DNA of 63,809 nucleotides, counting the filler, from Myxococcota bacterium (GTDB lineage: Bacteria; Myxococcota; Myxococcia; Myxococcales; Myxococcaceae): the NCBI GenBank assembly GCA_049322255.1. It is 5 parts of 5 records of this genome, joined end to end, with 100 filler letters (N's around TTAATTAATTAA, not from the genome) between each part and the next. Parts side by side here need not be neighbours in the genome. Positions count along the whole stretch, not along the records: positions 13,811 to 27,515 come from JBMORE010000112.1; positions 27,616 to 41,253 come from JBMORE010000113.1; 3 more parts are not named here. The stretch is one strand, 5' to 3'. The number at the start of each line of letters is the position of its first letter. Within the stretch, counting starts at the first letter, position 1. Positions 18,138 through 28,475 of the stretch are shown here, piece by piece. Under the pieces are notes generated by a model that was given only the letters and a program-made list of their open reading frames with translations, made no database searches and was not told the origin of the DNA. Position numbers and translations under genes: made by a program.

Positions 18138-19220
18138 ATGCGTCAAGTGAGAGCAGTCGTTCTGGGAGCAGCACTGTTGGCGGTGGTTGGGTGTGGGCGG
18201 GGAGGAGATGATTCGTTCGCCGAAGCCACGCCGGACTTCGACGGGCTGTCGCTGGAGATTTCCGGGGCGGCATCGGAAGGCGCGGCCCTCAGCGGCACGA
18301 CACAGCAGGGCCTGGGGGAGAACGCTCCCGAGTACCTGAAGAACGCGCGCGAGGCGGTGGCCAACTTGAACGCACACGTCAAGAAAGCCATCGAGCCCAT
18401 CGCCGAGTTGGTGGCGGCCAACGTGGGCAAGACGCAGCCCGGTGACTCCAAGGTCTACGGGCCCAAGGACCGCGGCAACGCCACCTACCGGTTCACCATC
18501 AAGCGACAGACGCAAGTCCGCTTCGGGTGGCTGCTCCAAGCCAAGCCGCTCGGCGCCGACGACTCGGCCTACAAGGCGATTGCCGCCGGAGCCCTCACCA
18601 AAGGCGAGCTGCCTCACCGCGGCCGCGGCGTCATCGGCATCGACTTGGACAACTTGAAGGCGGTGGACAGCGCGACCAAGGGCCAGGGCAAGCTCTTGTG
18701 TGGCTTCGCCCACGTCGGCGACACGAAGACCCTGGTTTACGGTTTGAAGGGCTTCACCCCAGATGCTTCGGTGCACGAGCCGGTGAACGCCGCCTTCGTG
18801 GGCCATCGCCTGATGCCCTCCCGCGCCACGCGCGTTCGGATGGCGAGCTTTAGCAACGTGGTGAAGACCACCGACGCCAAGGAGCTCGTGCGTAGCCGGG
18901 TGCGCTACATTCCTGGCATCGGCGGACGAGCCGACGTCCTCGCCACCGGCGGCGACGTGCCGGCGGGCAAGGTGTACGTGGGCAGCGCCTGCTGGGACGC
19001 GCAGGAGAACGAGGGCTTCGCGGTGCTCCGCGTGTGCGACCGCGGGCAGCCGCTGACTTGCCAGGTGGTGGAGACGCGCGGACAGCTCTCCAACTGCCAG
19101 CGTGAGGTGGAGCGTGAGGAGCTGCCTCCCGAGAACGCCGAGGACCTCTCCCTCGAGCCCGAGGCTCCAGCAGGTGACATCGCTCCTCCGGGAGAGATGC
19201 CCAGCGGCAGCGGCGAGTAA
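18138..19220 (+). CDS. uncharacterised lipoprotein
   Basis: GGGAG upstream; signal peptide with lipobox VVGC. Confidence 0.82.
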   Translation: MRQVRAVVLGAALLAVVGCGRGGDDSFAEATPDFDGLSLEISGAASEGAALSGTTQQGLGENAPEYLKNAREAVANLNAHVKKAIEPIAELVAANVGKTQPGDSKVYGPKDRGNATYRFTIKRQTQVRFGWLLQAKPLGADDSAYKAIAAGALTKGELPHRGRGVIGIDLDNLKAVDSATKGQGKLLCGFAHVGDTKTLVYGLKGFTPDASVHEPVNAAFVGHRLMPSRATRVRMASFSNVVKTTDAKELVRSRVRYIPGIGGRADVLATGGDVPAGKVYVGSACWDAQENEGFAVLRVCDRGQPLTCQVVETRGQLSNCQREVEREELPPENAEDLSLEPEAPAGDIAPPGEMPSGSGE

Positions 19221-19246
19221 CCCAGCCCGTCTGCGCCGTTCATTCG

Positions 19247-19276
19247 AGGCCGAAGGCTCATCTGGGCCTTCGGCCT
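19247..19276 (+). terminator. GC-rich hairpin, probable terminator
   Basis: AGGCCGAAGGC...GCCTTCGGCCT inverted repeat after lipoprotein stop; weak U-tract. Confidence 0.55.
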
Positions 19277-19340
19277 TGTCGTCTGTGATGGGAAATCTGG
19301 TAACGTGAGAGCCATCTACCTACTTTGGAGGCAGGTCGGT

Positions 19341-19721
19341 ATGCGCGCCTTGGCAAAGTGCTTTTGGGGAGTTGGTTTCTTCCTGGTGATGAGCTGTGCT
19401 CAGCCTGGAACAGGAGGAGGGGGGGGTGGAGGCGGTGGAGGAGGGGGCGGTGGGGGCGAGACTCTGAACCGGAATGCCCTCCTGTCGTGGGACGCGCCCA
19501 CCACCAATGAAGACGGCACTCCGCTGACCGACCTGGCGGGCTATCGAGTGTATTGGGGCACCGCCTCGGCGGCCTACACTCAAAACGTGGACGTGGGAAA
19601 CGTCACCACTCATGAATTGACCGCGCTTCCCAGTGGTCGCGCGTTCTTCGCAGTGACCGCCTACGACGTGAGTGGAAACGAGAGCATCCACTCCGAGGAA
19701 GTCTTCAAAGACATTCCCTGA
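19341..19721 (+). CDS. small lipoprotein with poly-Gly linker and fibronectin type III-like domain
   Basis: Lipobox VMSC; LSWDAPTTNEDGTPLTDLAGYRVYWG...FAVTAYDVSGNES. Confidence 0.82.
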   Translation: MRALAKCFWGVGFFLVMSCAQPGTGGGGGGGGGGGGGGGETLNRNALLSWDAPTTNEDGTPLTDLAGYRVYWGTASAAYTQNVDVGNVTTHELTALPSGRAFFAVTAYDVSGNESIHSEEVFKDIP

Positions 19722-19750
19722 CGTAGGCGTTAGACAGAAGACCTTCTTCC

Positions 19751-21367
19751 ATGGCCAACGAGCTCGAGAAGGAGGTCGCGCGGCGGCGCACCTTCGCCAT
19801 CATCTCGCACCCCGACGCGGGCAAGACGACCCTGACGGAGAAGCTGCTTCTCTACGGCGGCGCCATTCACCTCGCCGGCAGCGTCAAGGCTCGCCGCGCC
19901 CGCCGCCACGCTACCAGCGATTGGATGGAGCTGGAGAAAGAGCGTGGCATCTCGGTCACCTCGTCGGTGCTGCAATTCCCCTACAAAGGCCACGCGGTCA
20001 ACCTGCTCGACACCCCGGGCCACCAGGACTTCTCCGAGGACACCTACCGTACCTTGGCCGCTGCCGACGCCGCGGTGATGCTCATCGATGCCGCCAAGGG
20101 TGTGGAGCCGCAGACCAAGAAGCTCTTCCAAGTCTGCCGCCTACGCCAGATTCCCATCTTCACCTTCGTCAACAAGCTCGACCGCTACGGCCGCGCGCCG
20201 CTGGAGTTGATGGACGAGCTGGAGCAGGTCTTAGGCATTCGCGCCTACCCGATGAATTGGCCCATCGGCTCCGGGCCGGAGTTTCGCGGCGTCTACGACC
20301 GCGGCTCGAAGGTGGTGCACCTCTTCGAGGCGAACCAAAGCCACGGTGAGACCCAGGTCCACGAGCGAAAGGTGCCTTTGGGGGCGAGCGATCTCGTCGC
20401 TGTGCTCTCCGAGGCGGAGCGAGCAAAGCTCGCCGAGGACATCGAGCTGCTCGACGTCGGCGGCGACGAGTTTTCGCGACAGAAGGTCGAGCAGGGCGAG
20501 CTGACCCCGATGTTCTTCGGCAGCGCGATGACCAACTTCGGGGTACGCCCTTTCCTCGACGCCTTCCTCGAGCTGGCCCCGCCGCCCACCCCCCGCAAGG
20601 CCAACACCGGCCTCATTCAGCCCACCCGCCCCAGGTTCTCGGGCTTCGTGTTCAAGATTCAGGCAAACATGGACCCCGCGCACCGAGACCGCATCGCCTT
20701 TTTGCGCGTCGTCTCCGGTCGCTACACCAAAGGGATGAGCGCCTTTCACTCGCGCTTGGGCAAGGAGGTGCGCCTGGCCAAGCCGAGCCAGTTCCTCGCC
20801 GCCGAGCGCACCGCCATCGAAGACGCCTGGCCGGGCGACGTCATCGGCCTGTTCGACCCTGGGCAGTACCGCATCGGCGACACGCTCGCCGAGGGAGACG
20901 ATTTTTCATTCGAGGGGGTACCCCGTTTCTCCCCGGAGCACTTTGCCATCGTTCGCGCCAAGGACCCGCTGCGTCGCAAGCAGATGGAGAAGGGCCTCGA
21001 GCAGCTGGCCGAGGAGGGCACGGTGCAAATCTTCCAGCAGCTGCAGATGGGTATGAAAGACCCTGTGGTGGGTGTGGTGGGCGCGCTGCAGTTCGAGGTC
21101 TTGCAGTACCGCATCGAGCACGAGTACGGGGCCCACATTCTTCTCGACCGGCTGCCCTTCTCGCACGCGCGTTGGGTGGTGGGAGCCTTCGACCCCAAGA
21201 GCTTCGACTGGGAAGGCAATCGCCAGACAGTGCAGGACCGCGATGGGCTGCCGTTGGTGCTCTTCCGTGACGACTGGGCGCTGCGGCACGCCGAAGAGAA
21301 GCACCCCGAACTGAAGTTCCTCTCTGCCGCGCCTCAGCTGCGCCACCCGGCGGCGCTTGCTTCGTAA
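19751..21367 (+). CDS. prfC: peptide chain release factor 3
   Basis: RRTFAIISHPDAGKTTLTEKLLL, SDWMELEKERGISVTSS, DTPGHQDFSEDTYR, NKLD. Confidence 0.98.
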   Translation: MANELEKEVARRRTFAIISHPDAGKTTLTEKLLLYGGAIHLAGSVKARRARRHATSDWMELEKERGISVTSSVLQFPYKGHAVNLLDTPGHQDFSEDTYRTLAAADAAVMLIDAAKGVEPQTKKLFQVCRLRQIPIFTFVNKLDRYGRAPLELMDELEQVLGIRAYPMNWPIGSGPEFRGVYDRGSKVVHLFEANQSHGETQVHERKVPLGASDLVAVLSEAERAKLAEDIELLDVGGDEFSRQKVEQGELTPMFFGSAMTNFGVRPFLDAFLELAPPPTPRKANTGLIQPTRPRFSGFVFKIQANMDPAHRDRIAFLRVVSGRYTKGMSAFHSRLGKEVRLAKPSQFLAAERTAIEDAWPGDVIGLFDPGQYRIGDTLAEGDDFSFEGVPRFSPEHFAIVRAKDPLRRKQMEKGLEQLAEEGTVQIFQQLQMGMKDPVVGVVGALQFEVLQYRIEHEYGAHILLDRLPFSHARWVVGAFDPKSFDWEGNRQTVQDRDGLPLVLFRDDWALRHAEEKHPELKFLSAAPQLRHPAALAS

Positions 21368-21479
21368 GTAAACAGATTTACAAGGCGGCAAATTTACAAA
21401 TTTTCCAAACAGCCCTCCATCGAGGATGACGTGGGCGGTCGAAGGCCCTATCTTCTTTGCACCACGAAGGGGGTTGTTC

Positions 21480-21707
21480 ATGGCCAACGTCGGCGAGCTG
21501 GTGCGCATGGAGAACGGCCGCTGGGCTCGGTATCAGCGCTGCGCCGTCTACGCCGCGGGCCGCCCGGACATGACGGACCTATCCATCGTGGTGGCAGTGG
21601 AGCTCGATGAGGCGCAGCAAGAGCGCTTGAACGTCGCCGAGGCGTCCCTGGAGTGGGGTGCGCCGGTCTTCGCTCCGTTCGAGCGTGGGGGCGACGCCAC
21701 GCTATAA
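21480..21707 (+). CDS. small hypothetical protein
   Basis: GAAGGGGG upstream; MANVGELVRMENGRWARYQRC... Confidence 0.65.
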   Translation: MANVGELVRMENGRWARYQRCAVYAAGRPDMTDLSIVVAVELDEAQQERLNVAEASLEWGAPVFAPFERGGDATL

Positions 21708-21718
21708 AGCGGCGTTCG

Positions 21719-23653
21719 CTAGGTGGGGCTGGGCTCGGTGGTCGCGCTCACCCTTGCTTCGGCGATTTCCTCGGCCCGCGCTGAGAGCGCAAGGTCGGCT
21801 CCCAGCGCTTGCAGGAAAACGTCGCGCGAGAGGACCAGGAGCAGGGAGTCGGTGAGGGTGCGCACGGTGGCGGTGCGCGGCACGTTGCGTAGCAGGGCAA
21901 TCTCCCCGAAGTGGTCGCCGTCGAAAAGCTGCCCCAGCCGGTTGCCCGCGGCGTCGAGCACCTCCAGTTGGCCTTTGCCCACCAGGAAGAACTCGTCGCC
22001 CGGTTCACCTAGGCGCACCACGTCGGTGCTCGCCGCGACGGTGCGGGGCAGAAACTTCATCGCCAGCGAAGACAGCCGCTCGGTGGGCAAATCCTTGAAC
22101 AGCCGGCTCTTGCCGATGGCGGTGGCGGCGCGCAGGACGGTGGCGAAGTCCACCCCGCCGACGGTGGCGCAGACCTTGTCGAATGCCTCACTTGCCAGCT
22201 CGATGACCGTGGTTTGCGCCAGCGCGCGCACGGTAGCAGTGCGCACTCCGCCCTGGAGCAGCGCGGTCTCGCCGAAGCAGTCACCCGGCCCTAGACGGGC
22301 CACTGCGCGGGTGCGTCCCGCCGGGTCTTGGCGCTCCACCTCCACCGCGCCCCAGCGGACGGAGAAGAAGGTGTTTCCGCCCGTCCCTTGCTCGACGATG
22401 GTCTGCCCTGCATCGTAGGTGACTTCACGTGAGTGAGCGGCGATGGCCGCCAGATCGGCGTCGGAGAGCTTGGAGAAGAGCGGGATGGCGCGGAAGGCGG
22501 CGAGGTCGGCAGCTCCACCCGCCCGCTTGCCTCCTGCGTCGGGGGTCCAGAGGAAGGTGAAGGCTGCATCCAACGCCAGCCCCAAGAGAATGAGCAGAAG
22601 CAGCGGGCAGATGGTGAAGAGCACTCCCGCGCCGGCGTAGGCGAGCAGCGCCGACACCCCCGTACCGTCGATGCCCACCTCGATGAGGCGCACCGCGGCG
22701 TCCAGCCCCAGCGCCACCACCACGTAGACGACGGTGACGACCCAGGCAATCGACAACAGCGCGGTGAAGAAGAGGTCGCGCTCGGCGCGCGGCAGCTTGA
22801 AGGAGCGCAGGCTCTTGAGCAGGGGACGGCCGACGTATGCGCGTACGTGCTCGCGCAGGTCCACCCGGTTGGCCAAGGTGGCCAGCAATGTCCCCGCCGA
22901 GGAGCGGATGAAGGGGCACAGGTCAGCCAAGAGCACCACGAACGCCCCTGCCCACAGCCCAGGACGCGGGTGGCCAATCGCCAGCGCGCACAGCGAGCCG
23001 GCCAGCGCGGCCAGATGAGCAAGCAGGCGTGGGCGGCGGTCCATCAGCACCGCGTTGGCGTGGTCGGGAACCACGTACGCCACTCCCAGGGCGAGCAACG
23101 CTCGGGTGCGGCGGGGGGGAAAGCCGAACAGGCCGCACGCCGCCGCCTTGAAGCGGTCACGCAAGGTGAGGGCGAGCATCGCCCCTGGGTAAACCAGCGC
23201 TACATCGAGCGGGGTCAAGGCCGCGCGCGGCCACAAGGCGAAATAGGCCGCCAGTGCCATCCAGCCCAAGACCTCGATGGCCCGAAACCACGTGGGAGCG
23301 AAGGCGCGGGTGGAGAAGAGCACCCGCGGCGCGAGCAACTCCGTCCACGAGGGGGTAGCGCTCATCCCTCCGTGGCGCAGGCTCGCGGGTGGGTTCTCCA
23401 GCAGGTCGGCCTCGGCGAGGGCGCGCACCAGGTCGGTCAAGGCGGCGAAGGGTACGAACCCGTAGCGATTCAAATGCTCGGCGGAAATCTCCAAAAGCGA
23501 ACGGCTACCGTCGAAGAACTGCACCAAGTTCGACTGATCGGGAGCCGTCTCGAAGGAGCGCCCAGAAACGGCATCGTAAATTCCCTCTGTGCCGTCGGAA
23601 CGCCGACGGACCTCGGCGGTGGGGAGCAGCCGTGGCCGGAGCTGGTCGAGCAT
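21719..23653 (-). CDS. membrane protein with degenerate M50-like domain and two cyclic-nucleotide-binding domains
   Basis: Two cNMP motifs (GDCFGETALL..VRTATVRA; GDHFGEIALL..PRTATVRT) after a hydrophobic multi-TM region. Confidence 0.88.
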   Translation of the reverse strand: MLDQLRPRLLPTAEVRRRSDGTEGIYDAVSGRSFETAPDQSNLVQFFDGSRSLLEISAEHLNRYGFVPFAALTDLVRALAEADLLENPPASLRHGGMSATPSWTELLAPRVLFSTRAFAPTWFRAIEVLGWMALAAYFALWPRAALTPLDVALVYPGAMLALTLRDRFKAAACGLFGFPPRRTRALLALGVAYVVPDHANAVLMDRRPRLLAHLAALAGSLCALAIGHPRPGLWAGAFVVLLADLCPFIRSSAGTLLATLANRVDLREHVRAYVGRPLLKSLRSFKLPRAERDLFFTALLSIAWVVTVVYVVVALGLDAAVRLIEVGIDGTGVSALLAYAGAGVLFTICPLLLLILLGLALDAAFTFLWTPDAGGKRAGGAADLAAFRAIPLFSKLSDADLAAIAAHSREVTYDAGQTIVEQGTGGNTFFSVRWGAVEVERQDPAGRTRAVARLGPGDCFGETALLQGGVRTATVRALAQTTVIELASEAFDKVCATVGGVDFATVLRAATAIGKSRLFKDLPTERLSSLAMKFLPRTVAASTDVVRLGEPGDEFFLVGKGQLEVLDAAGNRLGQLFDGDHFGEIALLRNVPRTATVRTLTDSLLLVLSRDVFLQALGADLALSARAEEIAEARVSATTEPSPT

Positions 23654-23701
23654 GCGGGCCGCTAGCCTAGCGCGACTTGGGGTCGCTCGGGCGATGGTGG
23701 C

Positions 23702-24304
23702 TCACCCTGTTCGGCCGAGCTGTTCGAGCACCTCGTGCAGCGCGCCCAGCCCATCGGAGATTTTCTTCAAGAACGAGCGCTGGTGAGGAACCAAGATGAA
23801 CCGCGGATGCTGCGACCAGAAAGTCCGTAGCCGCTCGTCGAGGGCGGCGGCGGTCGCCACGTCTTCGATGCGAGCGAGGTTGCCGCCTTCGATGCGAAGA
23901 CCTCCGACGGCGGCGCTTTCGAAGAAAAGCACCGCGTCATAGCGCGCCAGCTCGGCCTGCAGCGTGGTTCGCAGCTGGTGGAAGTACTCCTCGCCTCTGC
24001 CCGGCCAGTAGGCTGCCCCGTCGACGGTGCCGCGGTCGCACAAAAGGACGCGGTCGGGGTAGCAGGCCGACTGCACGTCTTCGAGGTTTCGCTGCACGTG
24101 GAAGATGGCCTGCTGGGCCGAACGTAGGGCTTCGGGGTCACCGGTGCGGGGGAAGCCGCCGGTGAAGAGCAAAGTGGCGGCTTCGGGTACCACCACCACC
24201 TGTTCGCCGAGCTCCCGGCGGTAGAGGTCGGCGGCGGTGGTCTTGCCTCCACCCGGGCCTCCGGTGAGCACGATGCGGCAGCGGCCGTTGTTTCCTTGCG
24301 TCAC
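23702..24304 (-). CDS. AAA_28 (NadR/Ttd14-like) P-loop ATPase/kinase
   Basis: RIVLTGGPGGGKTT, VPEAAT, LLCDRGTVDG. Confidence 0.87.
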   Translation of the reverse strand: MTQGNNGRCRIVLTGGPGGGKTTAADLYRRELGEQVVVVPEAATLLFTGGFPRTGDPEALRSAQQAIFHVQRNLEDVQSACYPDRVLLCDRGTVDGAAYWPGRGEEYFHQLRTTLQAELARYDAVLFFESAAVGGLRIEGGNLARIEDVATAAALDERLRTFWSQHPRFILVPHQRSFLKKISDGLGALHEVLEQLGRTG

Positions 24305-24399
24305 GCTGAAGGCCCCCTAGCATCCCCCAACGAGTGCCGCCAGCGTGGACCCGTTCACGGCACCTTCCCCAATCTCTCCGAGGTGCCCAGGTTTGGCGC

Positions 24400-25134
24400 A
24401 TGCCGACTTGGGCTCACGTCGATGCCGTGCTCTTCGATTTGGACGGCGTCATCACCCACACCGCCCACCTGCACGCGCAGGCGTGGAAGGCCTTGTTCGA
24501 CGGCTTCCTGGCTCGGCGAGCGGCCGAGCGGAAAGAAGCCTTTCGCCCATTCGACCCGCTTTCCGACTACCAACGTTTCGTCGATGGCAAGCCCCGCTAC
24601 CAGGGGGTGGACAGCTTCCTTCGCTCGCGCCGCATCGTCTTGCCCTTCGGGACGCCGCAGGACGCGCCGGGCGAGCGAACGGTGTGTGGCCTGGGCAACC
24701 GGAAGGACGAGCTCTTCCACCGACTGCTGGCGCGCAGCCCAGTGGAGGTCTTCGTCTCCAGCTTGGCGCAGGTGCGCAGCCTACGCGCGAGAGGAGTGAA
24801 GACGGCGCTGGTCTCCTCGAGCAAGAACGCGCTGCCCATCGCCCGCGCCGCCGGGGTGGCCGAGCTGTTCGACGTGGTCGTCGACGGCGTGCTCGCGGCG
24901 AAGAAAGGGCTTTCGGGCAAGCCCTCTCCCGACACCTTTCTCGAGGCGGCGCGGCAGCTGGGGGTGCGCCCCGAACGCGCCGCGGTGGTGGAAGACGCGC
25001 TCGCTGGGGTAGAGGCGGGGCGGCGCGGTGGCTTTGGCCAGGTGGTGGGGGTGGCCCGCGCGGTGAGCGCCGAGGCTCTTCTGCAAGCGGGCGCCGACGT
25101 GGTGGTACGTGACCTCGCGGAGCTCTCTCCATGA
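24400..25134 (+). CDS. beta-phosphoglucomutase family HAD hydrolase
   Basis: AVLFDLDGVIT, DGKPRYQG, SSSKN, GKPSPD, VEDALAGV. Confidence 0.92.
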   Translation: MPTWAHVDAVLFDLDGVITHTAHLHAQAWKALFDGFLARRAAERKEAFRPFDPLSDYQRFVDGKPRYQGVDSFLRSRRIVLPFGTPQDAPGERTVCGLGNRKDELFHRLLARSPVEVFVSSLAQVRSLRARGVKTALVSSSKNALPIARAAGVAELFDVVVDGVLAAKKGLSGKPSPDTFLEAARQLGVRPERAAVVEDALAGVEAGRRGGFGQVVGVARAVSAEALLQAGADVVVRDLAELSP

Positions 25135-27515
25135 CCGGCTGGAGGTTGGTCTACGAGGGGTTCGACCCCGAGCAAGAGCGGCTGCGCGAGGCGCTGTGCA
25201 CGCTGGGCAACGGCTACTTCGCCACCCGCGGCGCCGCCCCCGAGGCCCGCGCCGATGGGGTGCATTATCCCGGTACCTACCTCGCCGGCGGCTACGACCG
25301 GCTCGTCTCCCAAGTGGCAGGAAGGGAAGTGGAGAACGAAGACCTGGTCAACATGCCCAACTGGCTTCCCCTTCAAGTTCGCTTCGAGGACGGAGCCTGG
25401 CTTTCCTTCGACGGGCCCGGGCTGCGCGCCTTTCGCCAGGAGCTGGACCTTCTGGGCGGGGTGCTGGTCCGCACGTTGACCTTCGAGGACGAGCGCGGCC
25501 GGCGGCTGCGGCTTCACCAGCGCCGCCTGGTGCACATGCGCCAGATGCACCTCGCCGCGCTGGAGACGACGCTGGAAGTGGAGAACTGGTCGGGTTCGCT
25601 GGTGGTGCGCTCAGGTCTCGACGGCGCGGTGACCAATGGGAACGTCGAGCGTTACCGCGCGCTGGCGAGCCGACATCTGCGCGTGTGCGAGGCCCGTGGT
25701 CTGCCCGAGGAGGGCGTTTTCCTCAAGGTGGAGACGGTGCAGTCCGAGCTACGGGTGGCGCTGGCGGCCCGCACCCGAGCGCGCTTACGCGAACGACCCT
25801 TGCTGCCGTCGCGGCGCGTGGTGGTCGGTGAGGCGCAAGTCGCCGAGGAGCTCACCGTGCCGATGGCTCCCCAAACACCGGTGACGCTGGAGAAGGTAGT
25901 GGCGCTCTACACCTCGCGCGACGACGCCATCTCGGAGTGCGGTCAGGAGGCGCAAGCGGCCCTTGCCCGCGCGCCCTCCTTCGGCGTCTTACTCGACTCA
26001 CATCGCAAGAGCTGGTCGCATCTGTGGCGGCGCTTCGACATGCGGCTCGATGCGCAGACCGCGGGACCCGAGCCGGATCAACTCGTCATTCGCCTGCACG
26101 TCTTCCACCTCTTGCAGACCACCTCGCCCAACATCATCGACCTCGACGTAGGGGTGCCAGCGCGCGGGCTGCACGGGGAGGCCTACCGCGGCCACGTGTT
26201 TTGGGACGAGCTGTTCATCTTTCCCTTCTTGAACATGCGGGTGCCGGAGATAACCCGTGCGCTGCTCCAATACCGTTTTCGTCGTCTGCCCCAGGCGCGC
26301 GCGGCGGCGAAGGAGGCTGGGTTGACGGGGGCGCTCTTCCCCTGGCAGAGCGGCAGCAACGGCCGCGAGGAGAGCCAGCGCCTCCACTTGAACCCCCGCT
26401 CGGGCAGATGGATTCCCGACCGTACCTGGCGGCAGGTGCACGTCAACGCGGCCATCGCCTACAACGTCTGGAAGTTCTTTCAGGTCACCGGAGACATCGA
26501 GTTTCTCGCCTACTTCGGCGCCGAAATGTTTTTGGAGATCGCCCGTCTCTTTGCCGGCCTGGCCACCTTCGATCTCGCCTCGGAGCGCTACGAGCTTCGC
26601 GACGTGATGGGGCCCGACGAGTACCACGAAGACGTCTCCAACAACGCCTACACCAATCTGATGGCGGTGTGGGTGCTGTCGCACGCGCCGAAGGTGCTCG
26701 CGGTGCTCCCCGAAGAGCGCTCCGCGGCGCTCAAAGAGAGCCTGGGCCTCTCCGCCGAGGAGCTCGCCCGGTGGGAGGACGTCTCACGGCGAATGAAGCT
26801 GGTCTTCCACGAAGACGGCGTCTTGAGCCAGTTCGAGGGCTACGAGGACCTCGCCGAGCTCGACTGGGAGCGCTACCGCCAGCGCTACGGCGACATTCAG
26901 CGGCTCGACCGCATCCTCGAGGCCGAGGGCGACAGCGTCAACCGCTACAAGGTCTCCAAGCAGGCCGATGTGCTGATGCTCTTCTACCTCTTTTCTTCCA
27001 CTGAGCTGGCCGAGCTCTTCGCCCGCCTCGGCTACCCCTTTGAGCGAGACACCATCCCCAAGAACATTCGCTACTACGCCGCTCGCACCTCGCATGGCTC
27101 GACCTTGAGCCGGGTGGTGCATGCCTGGGTATTGGCGCGCGTCGACCGGGCCGGCTCCTTCGCCCTTTTGCAGCAGGCGTTTCAAAGTGACATCGCAGAC
27201 GTGCAGGGAGGCACCACCGCCGAGGGCATTCACCTGGGCGCGATGGCCGGCACGGTGGATTTATTGCAGCGGGCTTACACCGGTCTGGTGACCCGCGGAG
27301 AGGTGTTGTGGTTCGAGCCGGCGCTTCCCGACCAGGTGCACTGTCTGCGGCTCCACGTGAGCTACCGGGGGCAGTCGATGGACGTGACCTTGAGCTCCCA
27401 GCGGCTGATCATTCACGCGGTGCACGCGGGGGCGGCGCCGATTCAAGTGGGCGTCGAAGGGCACGTATACCCTTTGTGTCAGAACGAGACGCTCGAGCTG
27501 CCGCTCGAAAGCTAG
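25131..27515 (+). CDS. glycoside hydrolase family 65 (trehalose/trehalose-6-phosphate/maltose phosphorylase-like)
   Basis: LGNGYFATRG, ARGLHGEAYRGHVFWDE, GPDEYHE, KQADVLML, HGSTLS; coupled to beta-PGM. Confidence 0.94.
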   Translation: MTGWRLVYEGFDPEQERLREALCTLGNGYFATRGAAPEARADGVHYPGTYLAGGYDRLVSQVAGREVENEDLVNMPNWLPLQVRFEDGAWLSFDGPGLRAFRQELDLLGGVLVRTLTFEDERGRRLRLHQRRLVHMRQMHLAALETTLEVENWSGSLVVRSGLDGAVTNGNVERYRALASRHLRVCEARGLPEEGVFLKVETVQSELRVALAARTRARLRERPLLPSRRVVVGEAQVAEELTVPMAPQTPVTLEKVVALYTSRDDAISECGQEAQAALARAPSFGVLLDSHRKSWSHLWRRFDMRLDAQTAGPEPDQLVIRLHVFHLLQTTSPNIIDLDVGVPARGLHGEAYRGHVFWDELFIFPFLNMRVPEITRALLQYRFRRLPQARAAAKEAGLTGALFPWQSGSNGREESQRLHLNPRSGRWIPDRTWRQVHVNAAIAYNVWKFFQVTGDIEFLAYFGAEMFLEIARLFAGLATFDLASERYELRDVMGPDEYHEDVSNNAYTNLMAVWVLSHAPKVLAVLPEERSAALKESLGLSAEELARWEDVSRRMKLVFHEDGVLSQFEGYEDLAELDWERYRQRYGDIQRLDRILEAEGDSVNRYKVSKQADVLMLFYLFSSTELAELFARLGYPFERDTIPKNIRYYAARTSHGSTLSRVVHAWVLARVDRAGSFALLQQAFQSDIADVQGGTTAEGIHLGAMAGTVDLLQRAYTGLVTRGEVLWFEPALPDQVHCLRLHVSYRGQSMDVTLSSQRLIIHAVHAGAAPIQVGVEGHVYPLCQNETLELPLES

Positions 27516-27615
27516 NNNNNNNNNNNNNNNNNNNNNNNNNNNNNNNNNNNNNNNNNNNNTTAATTAATTAANNNNNNNNNNNNNNNNNNNNNNNNNNNNN
27601 NNNNNNNNNNNNNNN
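27516..27615. other. assembly spacer (Ns with TTAATTAATTAA linker)
   Basis: N run with linker at 27560-27571. Confidence 0.98.
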
Positions 27616-28475
27616 GCGTGCTTACGCTGGTCGGTGTCTTTCCGCTGGGTCTTGCCTCGTGGCTGGGAGATTTTTTCGGCACGCTGGCGTTTCTGTTCGC
27701 CGCCCGCGAGCGGAAAAAAGCGCTGGCTTCGCTCGCCATCGCCTTCCCCGAGCTTTCGGCCGCCGAGCGCACCCGTGTGGCCCGCGCCTCTTTTCGTCAC
27801 TTGGGCCGCTGCGCCTTCGAGCTGTGCGGCATCGAGCGCCTCGACGCCGCAATGGAGGCTTGGGTGGAGTGGTCCGCTGACGACCGCCGGGTGCTGGAGG
27901 CGGCGCTCGCGCGGGGCAGGGGAGTGGTGTTCGTCTCCGGCCACGTGGGGCACTGGGAGCTCCTCGCCCGCCGCGTCGCCCTCGCCGGCTTTCCCTGTCA
28001 GACCATCGCCAAGGAAACCACCGACCCGCGCCTCACCGCGCTGGTGGAGCGGTTCCGTTCCTCCGCGGGTTTGAGGAGCATCTGGCGTGGGCAAGACGGC
28101 GCCGCCAAGCAGATGCTGCGGGCGCTCAAGGCGGGTGAAATCCTCGGGCTGCTCATCGACCAGGACACCCAGGTGCAGTCGGTGTTCGTGCCTTTCTTCG
28201 GCCGTGACGCCTCCACTCCGCGGGCGGCCGCCGACTTGGCCTTGCGCACCGGGGCGGCAGTGGTCTTGGGCTTTTGCCAGCGCGTCGCTTCCCGCCGCTA
28301 CCGCCTCTTTTTGCAGGAGGTGCGGCTTTCCCACAGCGGCGACCGGGAGCGCGACGTTCACGCTCTCACTGCGGCGCTGACGCAAGGAATCGAGCAGGCG
28401 ATTCGCCGGTTTCCCGAGCAGTGGGTGTGGATGCACCAGCGCTGGAAGACGCGGCCGACTATGGTGGAGCCGTGA
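27616..28475 (+). CDS. lipid A biosynthesis acyltransferase (LpxL/HtrB family), 5' truncated by gap
   Basis: GHVGHWE, LIDQD, VPFFG, PEQWVWMHQRWK; upstream of lptCAB. Confidence 0.9.
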
